Below are positions 62,898 to 64,000 of a stretch of DNA of 64,000 bases, one piece after another; position 1 is the stretch's first letter; every line of letters begins with the position of its first letter. Below the pieces are notes generated by a model. It was not told where the DNA came from. It ran no database searches and saw only the letters and a program-made list of their open reading frames with translations. This DNA is from Malacoraja senta (Eukaryota), in the NCBI GenBank assembly GCA_038087875.1, contig CM075977.1, positions 92,628,001 to 92,692,000 of the forward strand, written 5' to 3'. The translations under genes and the position numbers were made by a program.

Positions 62898-63906
62898 CAG
62901 CAAATATAGGAGTTTGGAATGTTCAGGAAGATCCTCAAGGTATTGATTTTTGCATTTAGATAACATCTTAGAGGGAAAAAAAAAAATCATAATTCACTTC
63001 ACAAATATACGTCAGATAAAAAGGAAAATCATGACCAAGGTGGTGTCGTTAGGAGAGTAACCTAAATGGTAATTTTATAAAGGAAGCCTTAAAAAGGGAG
63101 TGTCAAAAATCAGAACAGTTTACAAAATAAATACAGCCATTTGCATTTCTCCCGAGATCCTAAAAGTGAAATACTGAAAAATTGCTATGTATGGCAATAT
63201 TGATATGCAAGTGGAAATTTAACATATTTATTTGCTGAAACATGCAGCTTAGAATCTAAAAACCACAGTAGAAAAAGTAATCTATCATTTTTTTTTACAG
63301 GCAGAGCTAAAAGCAATCTGATGTGCACAAAAAGACATCTGCGAATCCTCATACGATGGATGATTAGTCACATTGCTATAAACCTGCTAAACCAAGCACC
63401 TCTTTCACTTAAATGATTCGCAAAAACAAAGCACCACATTAAACAATGAACACATCAATCCAATAACATTTTACTGCTGACTCTTTTGATATTAAAATTG
63501 ATAAGCAAACTTGCAACCAGCAGCCACATTGGTTATTTGATGGCAAATGATGATAAAATAGGAAAGTGTCAAGGAAATATTAAGATTAAGAGTAGCTTTG
63601 TGACCTAAAATCAAACCTTTTTCGTGAAACAACAATGATAGCAAAATATCAACAAATCAAGTAATGTCTGCCCAATATGATATGCAAGCGGCCAACTAGA
63701 TGGGCAGGAAGCAGATGTTCACGATCTACCACATTGATAGAAATAAAAATAATCACCCCAACCATCCAAATGTAACATCGACCAATTTTCACTCAAGAGA
63801 ATCAACACTTAGTTCAGATTCCCTTTGTAATATTGCATCAGCTACATTCAGAAATATCTGGTTGACATGCAGCCCTTAAAGTGTTCACTGCTAAGGATAC
63901 AACTAA

Positions 63907-64000
63907 TGGGCCTGTCCCACTTACGCAACTTTTTAGGCGACGACAGGAGACTATGAGGTCGCCACAATGTCGCCACATGTTCGCCAGAGGTTGCCGTGGT
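63907..64000. mobile_element. Left end of a third Harbinger-type MITE, running off the window
   Basis: TAA followed by TGGGCCTGTCCCACT. Confidence 0.75.

Noticed and set aside
56369-64000. Upstream EPB41L3 exon encoding the start of the FERM domain
   Set aside because: I could not find it by eye, so it probably lies beyond the window.

Overview
This is vertebrate genomic DNA, not prokaryotic. The repeat content (HE1/V-SINE-like SINEs, abundant Penelope-derived fragments, CR1) suggests a cartilaginous fish, probably a skate or ray; that assignment is inference. The window lies inside one minus-strand gene, EPB41L3 (protein 4.1B). I traced 16 GT-AG exons by hand, from the FERM domain through the FERM-adjacent region and the spectrin-actin-binding domain; they join in frame, and the two 3'-most exons are less certain. 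The 5' and 3' ends of the gene lie outside the window. Most entries in the ORF track are spurious. The introns hold two related 5'-truncated L1/Tx1-like LINEs, a 2705-bp-period duplication, tRNA-derived SINEs, Harbinger-type MITEs, a hAT-like element, a solo LTR, CR1/Rex remnants and CpG-rich non-autonomous elements. The most interesting signal is a ~142-bp TSD-flanked retroposon, present twice, with a (GAA)n tail. Its first ~54 nt fold by eye into a minimal HDV/CPEB3-like self-cleaving ribozyme, and the predicted cleavage site is exactly the element's 5' end. A second ribozyme class also occurs: minimal hammerhead cores in Penelope-derived palindromes. All structures and comparisons were done by eye and no database was searched.
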